From an uncultured Candidatus Saccharibacteria bacterium (lineage in GTDB: Bacteria > Patescibacteriota > Saccharimonadia > Saccharimonadales > 2-12-FULL-41-12): a stretch of DNA of 64,000 nucleotides. Position 1 is the stretch's first letter, and the number at the start of each line of letters is the position of its first letter. The notes beneath the pieces are model-generated. The model had not been told where the DNA came from and ran no database searches. It saw only the letters and a program-made list of their open reading frames with translations. The DNA lies in contig CAZFPJ010000001.1 in the NCBI GenBank assembly GCA_964521095.1, positions 38,974 through 102,973 of the forward strand, read 5' to 3'. A program made the translations under genes and the position numbers. Positions 9,709 through 18,618 of the stretch are shown one piece after another.

Positions 9709-12696
9709 TCAGGGACCAACAGTAGCGTTAACTTGGTTGCCGGCACTGTCTTTTGCATAGACTTGAGTTCCAGCAGGAGCCTGAGATTGAGGTATTGTAC
9801 ACGAACTTCCTCCACCACTACAGAGCTCAGTGTTGCCTGAAGACTTATAGACAGTTACCATACCGGAATTGCCAGACCAGCTAAATAGGGTGTTTCCACC
9901 TTGTATCTTTGCGGTTAGGCCAATTGAGGCACCTCCTGCACTAACTGTTTTGCTGTCAGACGAGTCATATAGAACACTGTCGATTATTTCGGCCGATACA
10001 GTGACTGGCCCCGTCCCAGATATAGATGTACAAGGCAGTTGAACAGTAGATGGGCTACTGTCTACATTAAATGTTTGGACTGTATTGCCATTAACCTTGA
10101 AGTTAATCGTTCCACGATAGGTTGCGCTCGACAACGCATGCGTTCCTTGTGATGCCGTGGCAACAAACACTCCACTTGGTGTACAGGTATCTGGGCCACT
10201 AAGGGTTATGGCTGGTTTGGCGTCGTCACATTTGTGTACATCGTCTCGCTCTGTAGTACTGCTACTACCACCTCCACCAGCATGGAATTTGTCGCTGGCA
10301 AATTCGTTTGCTACAGCATTGCCGGTTGTTTGTTTGGCTCGTGCAGGCGTACAGTCGGTGGCTAGCTTATTAGACACTATGTCGATAGTTTGCTTGCTGT
10401 TGGCCGAGCGTTTTTTGTACCAAGAAGGGTACAGGTCTGTCGATGGGCTGGGCTCGCGGGAGCCAACACCGACATGAGTTCTTACTACAAAGGCCGGCAG
10501 AGATTGGATGCCTTTAGGTCGTTGTCTTTGTTCTGGCTTTTTGCCATCATGAGCTTTTTGCATCCAGCCAGCAACAATCGGTTGAGTCATATTCTCCATA
10601 AAACCGGATAGTTCTTTTTGCCTATTGTGGTAGCCAACCCAAGCACCCGCCGCGTATTGAGTGGATTCGCTCAGCATCCAGCCGTCTTTAGAGTCGTTGG
10701 TTGTGCCGGTTTTGAAGCCAAAATGCCAGCCTTTGTACCTGTGTGTTTTGTTGCCAAGATAGCTAGCGTTTGGGTCTTCGATCATGTCAGCGACAATATA
10801 GGCAGATTCGTCTCGCACAGCTTGCTTGCCTGCTGTTGGCTTCCACTCGTCGACTGTTTTGTTAGCAGAGTCCTCGATCTTTAAGATGTATGTTTGAGGA
10901 ATATTGCGTCCATTGCGCGAAATTGTAGCAAAGCTATGGACATGTTCGTCGAGCTTCAAGTAGGCACCATCGCCGATAGCTGCCGAGCCGTAACAAGGTG
11001 CTTCCTTGGTTAGTTTATCGTCGTAGTAACACTTGTAGCCTTGCCCTTCCAGTCCGTTGCCTTTGTCTTTTAGACCAAGCTTTCCAGCTGTTTCGATAGT
11101 TTTTTCTGGACTAGTTGTAAGCATGGCCTTAACTGCTGGTACATTTCTGGATCCACCAAGCGCATAGCGAAGGGTTAGCGGTCCAGGATAGCGGAAGTCG
11201 TAGTTTTGCAGACAGTTACCGCCCTGTTGTGGACGAGCTTTGTTCGTACAAGGGTAGCCTGGTATCTTATCCTGGGTGTCATACAACACTGTCCCTGCTC
11301 CAAAGTCGGAAGTGTTTTCTAGGATAGACAAGTAGTCATACGGTTTGAAGCTAGAGCCAGGAGGTAGCTTAGTCCTAGCGTAGTTATTTTGTCCGTGTAC
11401 AGGATTATTGAAATCATCGCCTCCAACCAGGGCTACCATCTGCCCAGTTTTAACATCTTCGGCTGCAAACGCTGCTACATCTCCACCCTGGCGCTTAACC
11501 TGGGTGATGCCTTTTCTAACTTGCTCTTCAGCAATCTTCTGCAGATTAGAATCTAGCGTTGTCGTGACTTTCCAGCCACCTCGTTTAACGGTCGAGGCAC
11601 CAAACCTAGCTTGAAGCTCTTCTTTTGCAGTGAGGACGAACCAAGGAGCAGTTATGCCGTCATATTTTGGTTTGCGTTGCTTCATCTTTGTTGTGGTGTC
11701 AATCTTTTTGGCTTCGTCGCGTTCTTTGGCAGTGATCATACCCTGTTGCTCCATCAGATCTAGCACGTAATGCTGTCGGCCAACTAAGGCTTCCTTGTCG
11801 TAACGAGCTCCATAAGGCGAATAGTATGTAGGAGATTTCGGGATTGCTGCTAGAAAAGCTGCTTCATCCAAGGTGAGTTCTTTGGCTGGCTTGCCAAAGT
11901 AGTCTTGCGTAGCAGCCTCTGCGCCATAAGTTATGTCCGCGTATGGCGCGGTATTTAGGTATCCGGCCAAGATTTCTTGTTTTGTATAGGTTCGCTCTAG
12001 CTCGACCGACAAAATGACTTCTTTCACTTTACGGGTGTAAGTGCGGTCCTTGCTCCAGTTTTGAGTAAGCTTAACTAACTGTTGGGTTATAGTTGACCCA
12101 CCCTGAGTGCCACCGCGACCAAGGGCATTGTTAACGCCGGCACGAGTAATGCCCCTTACATCAAACCCGCCGTGCTTAAAGAAGTCTTTGTCTTCGATAG
12201 CAATAGTTGCATCTTTTAGATTTTTGGGGAGCTCTTCATTTTTGATAGGTGTGCGTTTTACGGCATCATAATCTTCCCAAAGCAAGGTCTGCCCAGTCCT
12301 GTCATAGTAGCGGATAGATCCACCGATATTGTTACCAGAGATGTCTCGAAGGTTTGGCAAGTCTTTTCTAAAATAGGCAAAAATACCAACAAGCAACACA
12401 AATCCAAGGGCAATCGCCACGCCGGTAACTTTGAGGGCCATAATGCCACCCTCTCTACTAAACCAGTAGTTAGCAACCCGTTTTGGGTGCATGCGGTATA
12501 GGGTGCGCTTGATCTTCCCCTGAGGTAGGGAGGCTAAATAGGCGGCTTTCTCGCGCGACCGGGCATCTTTATTAATGGCTCTCTTTGTTCGCATATTGCG
12601 GTTAAGCTTAATAGTGTTGCCACTTTTGGTGGTGTATTCGTTTTTATTTGGACGGTTTCGTCGCCCAAAAGAGGGTATTTTAAAGAATTTGCTCAT
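9709..12696 (-). CDS. ponA: class A penicillin-binding protein (glycosyltransferase + transpeptidase) with long N- and C-terminal extensions
   Basis: GT51 motifs EDKDFFKHGGFD and GGSTITQQL. Transpeptidase motifs SSFKP, SRN and KTGT. A ~250-aa Ser/Thr/Gly/Cys-rich C-terminal extension. Confidence 0.92.
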   Translation of the reverse strand: MSKFFKIPSFGRRNRPNKNEYTTKSGNTIKLNRNMRTKRAINKDARSREKAAYLASLPQGKIKRTLYRMHPKRVANYWFSREGGIMALKVTGVAIALGFVLLVGIFAYFRKDLPNLRDISGNNIGGSIRYYDRTGQTLLWEDYDAVKRTPIKNEELPKNLKDATIAIEDKDFFKHGGFDVRGITRAGVNNALGRGGTQGGSTITQQLVKLTQNWSKDRTYTRKVKEVILSVELERTYTKQEILAGYLNTAPYADITYGAEAATQDYFGKPAKELTLDEAAFLAAIPKSPTYYSPYGARYDKEALVGRQHYVLDLMEQQGMITAKERDEAKKIDTTTKMKQRKPKYDGITAPWFVLTAKEELQARFGASTVKRGGWKVTTTLDSNLQKIAEEQVRKGITQVKRQGGDVAAFAAEDVKTGQMVALVGGDDFNNPVHGQNNYARTKLPPGSSFKPYDYLSILENTSDFGAGTVLYDTQDKIPGYPCTNKARPQQGGNCLQNYDFRYPGPLTLRYALGGSRNVPAVKAMLTTSPEKTIETAGKLGLKDKGNGLEGQGYKCYYDDKLTKEAPCYGSAAIGDGAYLKLDEHVHSFATISRNGRNIPQTYILKIEDSANKTVDEWKPTAGKQAVRDESAYIVADMIEDPNASYLGNKTHRYKGWHFGFKTGTTNDSKDGWMLSESTQYAAGAWVGYHNRQKELSGFMENMTQPIVAGWMQKAHDGKKPEQRQRPKGIQSLPAFVVRTHVGVGSREPSPSTDLYPSWYKKRSANSKQTIDIVSNKLATDCTPARAKQTTGNAVANEFASDKFHAGGGGSSSTTERDDVHKCDDAKPAITLSGPDTCTPSGVFVATASQGTHALSSATYRGTINFKVNGNTVQTFNVDSSPSTVQLPCTSISGTGPVTVSAEIIDSVLYDSSDSKTVSAGGASIGLTAKIQGGNTLFSWSGNSGMVTVYKSSGNTELCSGGGSSCTIPQSQAPAGTQVYAKDSAGNQVNATVGP

Positions 12697-12928
12697 AAAA
12701 TTAATGTTTTTACTTAGGGGTTTATACCTGAGTAATTGTTGCCTCCAGTTACGCTAATCTATTATACATGAGCGATTACAAAAAGTTAGTAATTTTTAGT
12801 TTGTATTACAGCAGAGATTTTAGCTGTCAAAGCTTAAGTATGCCTGAGAATCATAAAAGCCTCTCTGCTACCCTAAAATCGACAATTGTTTGGGAGTAAG
12901 AGGCTTTATCTTTATAATCTATAGAATA

Positions 12929-14161
12929 ATGAAATTAAGCGAAGAACTCATTTGGCGCGGATTTGTTAACCAAACCACCTTTTCAGATATAAATAAGATA
13001 GACAGCCAGGAGTCGAAGGTCTTTTATCATGGCTTCGATGCTTCGGCAGACTCACAAACCGTTGGCAATTTGGCCGCCATGATGCTAGACCGATTGCTCA
13101 TAAAACATGGATACAAAGCGGTTTTGCTAGCTGGTGGCGCTACCAGTCTAATCGGTGATCCGGGGGGCAAAGACAGCGAACGAACCCTGCAGAGCGAAGA
13201 AGTAGTAGCAAATAATATACAAAAAGCCGAGAGGCAATTGCAACAAGTTTTTCGAGGGTTAGATTTTACTCTAGTTAATAATCTAGATTGGTACAAAGAC
13301 ATGCTAGTACTAGAGTTTTTGCGAGATATCGGTAAACACTTTAGCATGACTCCGTTGGTGCAACGCGACTATATTGCCAAGCGGATGGGCGAGGGTGGTG
13401 ACGGCGTTAGCTATACCGAGTTTAGTTATACACTCCTTCAGGGCTATGATTTTCTAAAGCTTTACAGAGATTTTGGGGTGACATTACAGCTGTCTGGTAG
13501 CGACCAGTGGGGCAACGGGTTATCTGGAGTAGATCTGGTTCGTCGTGTCGAAGGAGCAGAGGTAAACCTGATAACCATGCCTCTAATCATTAACAAGTCT
13601 ACTGGCAAGAAATTTGGCAAGAGTGAAGAAGGGGCCATCTGGTTAGATTCCAACAAAACTAGCGTTTTTAGGTTTTATCAGTTCTGGCTAAATGTTGAGG
13701 ACGAAAGTGTTGGCGATTACCTCAAAATTTTCACAGAGCTACAAAAAGACGAAATAGGACAGCTAATGCAAGAGTTCTCCAAAGATAAGCGTGCGCGGTT
13801 AGCGCAAAAGGTGCTTGCGTACGAGGTTACCAAAATAGTTCATGGAGAAGATCGAGCTAATTCGGCCGTAAAGGCTACAGAAGTCTTGTTTGGTAGCTCT
13901 GATGCGTCTAATCTTACTAGTGAGGACATCGAGGTCCTGAGGGCAGAAATACCAGTTGTAGATGCTCAAGATAGCCTAATAGCTACGCTTGTTGCGGCAA
14001 AACTAGCAGGCTCGAACGGAGAAGCCCAACGCTTAATAGATGCTGGCGGAGTGGCTATAAATGGCCAAAAACAGACTCACAATGCAGAAAATCCTTTCAA
14101 AAAAGGGTACAGTCTGCTCAAAAAAGGCAAGAATAGTTTTGCCATAGTGACTGCGAATTAG
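12929..14161 (+). CDS. tyrS: tyrosyl-tRNA synthetase (atypical HIGH motif)
   Basis: YHGFDASADS...GGATSLIGDPGGK, the KFGKS (KMSKS) motif and a C-terminal S4 domain. The ATG at 12929 is preferred over the TTG at 12890. The HIGH position reads TVGN. Confidence 0.9.
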   Translation: MKLSEELIWRGFVNQTTFSDINKIDSQESKVFYHGFDASADSQTVGNLAAMMLDRLLIKHGYKAVLLAGGATSLIGDPGGKDSERTLQSEEVVANNIQKAERQLQQVFRGLDFTLVNNLDWYKDMLVLEFLRDIGKHFSMTPLVQRDYIAKRMGEGGDGVSYTEFSYTLLQGYDFLKLYRDFGVTLQLSGSDQWGNGLSGVDLVRRVEGAEVNLITMPLIINKSTGKKFGKSEEGAIWLDSNKTSVFRFYQFWLNVEDESVGDYLKIFTELQKDEIGQLMQEFSKDKRARLAQKVLAYEVTKIVHGEDRANSAVKATEVLFGSSDASNLTSEDIEVLRAEIPVVDAQDSLIATLVAAKLAGSNGEAQRLIDAGGVAINGQKQTHNAENPFKKGYSLLKKGKNSFAIVTAN

Positions 14162-14181
14162 TTATACTGGCATCGTAAGAT

Positions 14182-14958
14182 ATGACAAAATCTAAAACTA
14201 CAACTAGTAAAAAACGAGCAGATCAGTACGACAACGACAATTACAACTACTTAAAATACTGGAGTGGTCGAGATTACGAGCACGCCTCGGAAGAAATGGC
14301 AATTCGTCGTTTTTTGAAAGGCAAGCATTTTGGGGCATCTGCAGACATTGGTGGTGGTTATGGACGGCTGTGCTTACTCCTAAGTAACTATTCGGACCAA
14401 GTAACCTTGGCAGAGCCGTCTAGAGCTCAGCTTAAAATAGCCAAAGATTTTCTAAAAGATTTTCCGGATATCGACCAAAAGCTCATGCAGGCTGATGACT
14501 TAAAGTTCAAAGACGAATCACTCGATCTAGTCACTATGATACGAGTCATGCACCATTTGCCTAACCCAATACCAGAACTAGCAGAGATTCATCGCGTCCT
14601 AAAGAACGACGGTATCTTTATATTAGAGGTTGCTAACTATGCTCATGGTCGTAACAGGGTGAAACATCTTATGAAAGGCAAAAAACTACCCACCGAACCT
14701 GTAGACATTCGTTCTGCCAAAAATAAGCGCGAAGAAGAGATAGCCTTTGTCAATCACAACCCCAAGACCGTGATCAAGCAACTAGAAAAAGTTGGTTTTT
14801 CGGTAGAAGGTGTTTTGTCTGTATCCAACCTGCGTTCTCCTAGGTTAAAGAAACTAATGCCTCGTGGTGTAATGATTGGCGCCGAGAAGGTTATGCAACC
14901 AACTTTGGCGCGTACCTATTTTGGTCCAAGCGTGTTCTTTTTGCTTAAGAAAAAATAA
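14182..14958 (+). CDS. class I SAM-dependent methyltransferase
   Basis: Motif I DIGGGYGRL and a Methyltransf_11-like core (LDLVTMIRVMHHL, NDGIFILE). Confidence 0.85.
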   Translation: MTKSKTTTSKKRADQYDNDNYNYLKYWSGRDYEHASEEMAIRRFLKGKHFGASADIGGGYGRLCLLLSNYSDQVTLAEPSRAQLKIAKDFLKDFPDIDQKLMQADDLKFKDESLDLVTMIRVMHHLPNPIPELAEIHRVLKNDGIFILEVANYAHGRNRVKHLMKGKKLPTEPVDIRSAKNKREEEIAFVNHNPKTVIKQLEKVGFSVEGVLSVSNLRSPRLKKLMPRGVMIGAEKVMQPTLARTYFGPSVFFLLKKK

Positions 14959-14974
14959 ATTAAGCATAACTTTA

Positions 14975-15003
14975 TTGACACCAACAAAAATACGCGGTAT
15001 AAT
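14975..15003 (+). promoter_or_regulatory. consensus sigma70 promoter
   Basis: TTGACA (14975-14980), 17-nt spacer, TATAAT (14998-15003). Confidence 0.6.
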
Positions 15004-15052
15004 GTTATACATAATATTTAAAGTTTAAAGTCAAAACAAAGGGGCAAAAACC

Positions 15053-15508
15053 ATGGCTAAACAAAAAGAAACAGCTCAACCAGGGCTAGTTTTTGAATTT
15101 ACAAATCCACAAGATCGCGCAACAATTGACGCCATCAGCGTATCTGTTGAGTTGGCTAAAGAGTCCGACGAATGGGTGGCCGAACAAGAAGAAGATGGCT
15201 TGCCCACTCAACCAGCATCGTTGCGTGTCAGTAGTGCTGTTATCAAGAATGCCCTAGAGGCTGATCAAATATTGGGCACAAGCGAAGTCGTGCAAGACCT
15301 GCCTTTGGTAGAGAGAATACCAATTACTGAAGCGTACAGGACTAGTCTTGTGATTCATGAAGACGAACTGCCTTTTGTGCTAGGGGCGCTAGAAGTTGCT
15401 TCGGAAATAGCCACAGAAAAATCTTTCATCCAAGATGGGACCTATAGGTTCGATCAGGCCACAGAAGCACTACAGCAAGATCTATCGAGTCTAGCTAAGG
15501 TCGCTTAG
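15053..15508 (+). CDS. hypothetical acidic protein
   Basis: 151-aa ORF after a consensus promoter and a GGGGC RBS-like stretch. No recognisable domain. Confidence 0.6.
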   Translation: MAKQKETAQPGLVFEFTNPQDRATIDAISVSVELAKESDEWVAEQEEDGLPTQPASLRVSSAVIKNALEADQILGTSEVVQDLPLVERIPITEAYRTSLVIHEDELPFVLGALEVASEIATEKSFIQDGTYRFDQATEALQQDLSSLAKVA

Positions 15509-15552
15509 TAGACATAGGTGTCAAGATTTTCCGCTATACTGTGTAGGTATAG

Positions 15553-17583
15553 ATGAGTGAAGATATATCAACACTAAAAGGTGTTGGCGAGACTATAGCC
15601 AAGAAACTGCAGAGCATGGGCTTGCATACTGTCCATGATTTGCTTTTCAATTTCCCCAAGAGGTATGAAGATTATTCTGTTATAACGCCCATCAACAAGT
15701 TACGGCCCGGGCAGGTGACAATTCAGGCCAAACTAAATTCGGTCAACGCCAGGTATGTTAGACGAGGACTACACATTACAGAGGCTGTAGTCAGTGACAA
15801 TACTAGTAGCGTTCGTTTGGTTTGGTTTAACCAGCCCTACAGAGCAAAAGCAATCAAAAAAGATTCTGAATATTTCATCTCTGGCAACTTCGAGATGAGT
15901 GGGCGCCGATTAGGGATTATGAACCCCAGCATGGAGTTAGTTAGTAATCTCCCTGCCAGCACAGCACGGATTGTGCCAATATACCGTGAGACTAAAGGAT
16001 TAAAGTCGCACACAATCCGAAAAGTTATGAATCAACTGGTAGAACAACTAGCAGATTTGCCAGAAGTCATCCCGACCAAGATAGTGACCGATAATAACCT
16101 GATGTCCTTCTCGGAGGCTTTACGAGCAATTCATTTTCCAGCCAACAGTCAAGATATCGAGGAGGCAAGACGCCGTTTGGGTTTCGACGAGGTTTTTGCG
16201 CTGATATTAGCAGGATTAATCGCAAAACAAGAGAACCAACGCGAAAAAGCTTTGCCGATAGAATTTAAACAGGATTTGGCAAAACAATTTGTCGATAAGC
16301 TACCGTTTGATCTAACTGACGCACAAAGAAAAGTAGTCTGGCAGATATATCAAGACATCGGAAAAGATGTACCCATGAATCGACTTGTCGAGGGCGATGT
16401 GGGATCAGGAAAGACAGTGGTCGCTGCTATGACTGCTGTGATGACGATGTCAAAAGGCTATCAGGTTGCGTTGATGGCGCCGACTGAGCTTTTGGCTCGT
16501 CAACACAGTGAAACAATGTACGAACTTCTTAAATCTTTGGGTATGCAAGACAGCGTAGTATTGTTGGCCGGAAGCCAAAAGCCAGCCGAGAAACGACAAG
16601 CCCATGCGCGAATTGCCAGCGGTGAAGCTAAACTAATTGTTGGTACGCATGCTGTTATCGGTGAAAAAGTTGATATGCATAAGCTGGCGCTAGTTATTGT
16701 TGACGAACAGCATCGTTTTGGAGTGGAACAGCGTCAAAAATTGCAAAAAAAGGCTGGTCATATGCCCCATGTTCTTAGCATGACGGCTACGCCAATCCCC
16801 CGCACCTTGGCTTTGACTGTCTATGGTGAGCTCGATGTTTCGTTGCTCGATGCTATGCCTCTTGGCCGAAAGCCAATTATCACTAAAGTCGTCTCGCCCA
16901 ATAGCAAGGAAAAGTTATTTAAAGACCTAGACGCGTTGATTGAACAGGGCCAGCAAATGTTTGTAGTTTGCCCACTTGTTTCAGAGTCGGATTTTTTGCA
17001 AGTACTTTCCGCCGAAGAAGTCTATAAAACTTTTAGCCAAAAAACTTTCAAAAATCGTCGGGTTGGGCTAATCCACGGCAAGATGAAGTCTGAAGAAAAA
17101 GAAACCGTCATGCAGGCTTTTGCAAGCGGGAACCTAGATATTTTAGTGTCGACAACGGTTATAGAGGTTGGGGTTGATGTGCCAAATGCAAATATTATGG
17201 TGGTCGAAGGAGCGGAACGGTTTGGGTTGGCACAAATGCACCAACTTAGAGGTCGGGTTGGGCGGAGTGCCAAGCAGGGGTATTGCTATTTAATTATGAG
17301 TGACAGTTCTGCTCCAACCAGGCGACTTAGGGCGATAGAGCAGTCTACAGATGGCTTTAAGCTAGCAGAACTAGACTTAGAGATTCGCGGTCCAGGGGCA
17401 ATCTATGGGCGGGCGCAACACGGGCAACTAGACCTACGAATTGCAAATCTTACAGATGTTCGTTTAATTGCTTTGGCGAGAAAGTCAGCCAAAGAATTTA
17501 TGGATAAAGACGATAAGCTCATTTTGTATCCTGAACTAGCCAAGCAAGTCAAAGAAAACCAGCTGATAACGAACCTGAATTAG
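15553..17583 (+). CDS. recG: ATP-dependent DNA helicase RecG
   Basis: Wedge/OB N-terminus, DVGSGKT Walker A, a DEQH box and the QLRGRVGR motif. Confidence 0.93.
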   Translation: MSEDISTLKGVGETIAKKLQSMGLHTVHDLLFNFPKRYEDYSVITPINKLRPGQVTIQAKLNSVNARYVRRGLHITEAVVSDNTSSVRLVWFNQPYRAKAIKKDSEYFISGNFEMSGRRLGIMNPSMELVSNLPASTARIVPIYRETKGLKSHTIRKVMNQLVEQLADLPEVIPTKIVTDNNLMSFSEALRAIHFPANSQDIEEARRRLGFDEVFALILAGLIAKQENQREKALPIEFKQDLAKQFVDKLPFDLTDAQRKVVWQIYQDIGKDVPMNRLVEGDVGSGKTVVAAMTAVMTMSKGYQVALMAPTELLARQHSETMYELLKSLGMQDSVVLLAGSQKPAEKRQAHARIASGEAKLIVGTHAVIGEKVDMHKLALVIVDEQHRFGVEQRQKLQKKAGHMPHVLSMTATPIPRTLALTVYGELDVSLLDAMPLGRKPIITKVVSPNSKEKLFKDLDALIEQGQQMFVVCPLVSESDFLQVLSAEEVYKTFSQKTFKNRRVGLIHGKMKSEEKETVMQAFASGNLDILVSTTVIEVGVDVPNANIMVVEGAERFGLAQMHQLRGRVGRSAKQGYCYLIMSDSSAPTRRLRAIEQSTDGFKLAELDLEIRGPGAIYGRAQHGQLDLRIANLTDVRLIALARKSAKEFMDKDDKLILYPELAKQVKENQLITNLN

Positions 17584-17667
17584 TGCACTTGCATTAAGCA
17601 ATATTTTTCTCTGCCTCGATTCTCTGCGGATGTTCAAAATATCTCTCAATACAAGTACAATACCTGT

Positions 17668-18201
17668 ATGAGAGTTGTTGCAGGAAAACTTGGTGGGCAG
17701 AATTTTGAAGCCCCAAAAGGGCACAGAACGCATCCAATGAGCGAAAAGGCTCGGGGCGCGCTGTTTGCCTCTCTTGGTGATATAGAGGGTCTGACAGTTT
17801 TAGATTGCTTTTCTGGGAGCGGAGCGTTGTCTATCGAGGCTGTCAGCCGTGGTGCTACAGAGGTTGTGGCGGTAGAGCACGACATAAATGCCTACAAGAC
17901 TATCGCCAAAAACTATAAAAAACTAGGTATAGAAACTATCGCAAAAGCGATCAAGGCCAATGTGACTGGCTGGTCCAACCGGCACCCCAATACCGTATTT
18001 GATATTGTGCTTTGTGATCCTCCATATGACGACATTCAATACAAGATAATTCGCAAGGTGGCCCGCCATGTTAATGGCCAGGGTACATTAGTGCTATCTT
18101 TGCCTAGTAATCACGACACATTAACCCTAGAGGGGCTAGAAGTTGTCCTAAATAAAGATTATGGCGATGCCCAACTAGTTTTTTATAAAAAAATCGGGTA
18201 A
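17668..18201 (+). CDS. rsmD: 16S rRNA (guanine966-N2)-methyltransferase RsmD
   Basis: 177 aa with the RPT/HPMSEK N-terminus, FSGSGALSIEA and the DPPY motif. Confidence 0.85.
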   Translation: MRVVAGKLGGQNFEAPKGHRTHPMSEKARGALFASLGDIEGLTVLDCFSGSGALSIEAVSRGATEVVAVEHDINAYKTIAKNYKKLGIETIAKAIKANVTGWSNRHPNTVFDIVLCDPPYDDIQYKIIRKVARHVNGQGTLVLSLPSNHDTLTLEGLEVVLNKDYGDAQLVFYKKIG

Positions 18202-18228
18202 AATACTACAGTTAATTACCAAACCTGC

Positions 18229-18313
18229 GCGGATGTGGTGGAATTGGTAGACACGCTAGTCTTAGGAACTAGTGCCGCAAGGCGTGAAGGTTCAAGTCCT
18301 TTCATCCGCACCA
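18229..18313 (+). tRNA. tRNA-Leu(UAG), CCA encoded
   Basis: Acceptor GCGGATG/CATCCGC, anticodon loop CUUAGGA, long variable arm and T-arm GAAGG-TTCAAGT-CCTTT. Confidence 0.9.
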
Positions 18314-18376
18314 GACACGGCAGCTTCTTTTTGAAGCTGGCTTGTCTGGTATGATTAGACCAGACCCTAACACCCT

Positions 18377-18601
18377 AGGCGTGAAGGTGAGAACTGCCAG
18401 TGGCAGATCGCAAGGGAGTCAACTCTTGCAAATTTACTTACCAACGGTAAGCTTGTTTGCAAAGATGTTGCGACGGGTGAGATGAGCCAGTGGCTCATTG
18501 CAAGGACACTCAACAGATTTGAAGCTATGCTTCAAGTATGCTGATGTCGGGCCTGCAGGATGTAGGCGCCAGAATGTGACCAAGTCCTTTCATCCGCACC
18601 A
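18377..18601 (+). repeat. second copy of the tRNA-Leu 3' portion, split in the T-loop
   Basis: AGGCGTGAAGGT (18377-18388) equals 18280-18291. CAAGTCCTTTCATCCGCACCA (18581-18601) equals 18293-18313. The two halves are separated by 192 nt. No matching 5' acceptor strand (GCGGATG) is present. Confidence 0.8.
18389..18580 (+). ncRNA. candidate structured RNA inside the split tRNA-Leu T-loop copy
   Basis: Hairpins at 18394-18406, 18426-18462 (7 bp + 6 bp), 18482-18498 and 18519-18535. An internal ~38-nt repeat (18386-18423 vs 18476-18514) carries compensatory stem changes. Confidence 0.35.
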
Positions 18602-18618
18602 AAATCAGGATTTTTCAA

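Noticed and set aside
12697-12928. T-box riboswitch upstream of tyrS
   Set aside because: No T-box consensus (AGGGUGGNACCGCG) is present, and the -10 box lies only 10 nt from the ATG. Only a 9-bp inverted repeat (AAAGCCTCT...AGAGGCTTT, 12856-12907) overlaps the putative promoter. That is at most a possible operator.
18389-18580. Group I intron interrupting a second tRNA-Leu gene
   Set aside because: No 5' half of a tRNA precedes it (no GCGGATG-type acceptor strand and no anticodon arm). I could not find the conserved group I core elements (P/Q/R/S-like CAGACUA motifs). Joining the flanks does not regenerate an exact T-loop.
18314-18601. tmRNA (ssrA) hypothesis for the tRNA-like 3' end plus structured region
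   Set aside because: The acceptor 3' strand is identical to that of tRNA-Leu (CATCCGC-A-CCA), with C at position 70, so there is no G3:U70 alanine identity pair. No GGGG-type 5' end is present. No short tag reading frame ends in the usual hydrophobic/Ala-Ala tail in any frame I translated.
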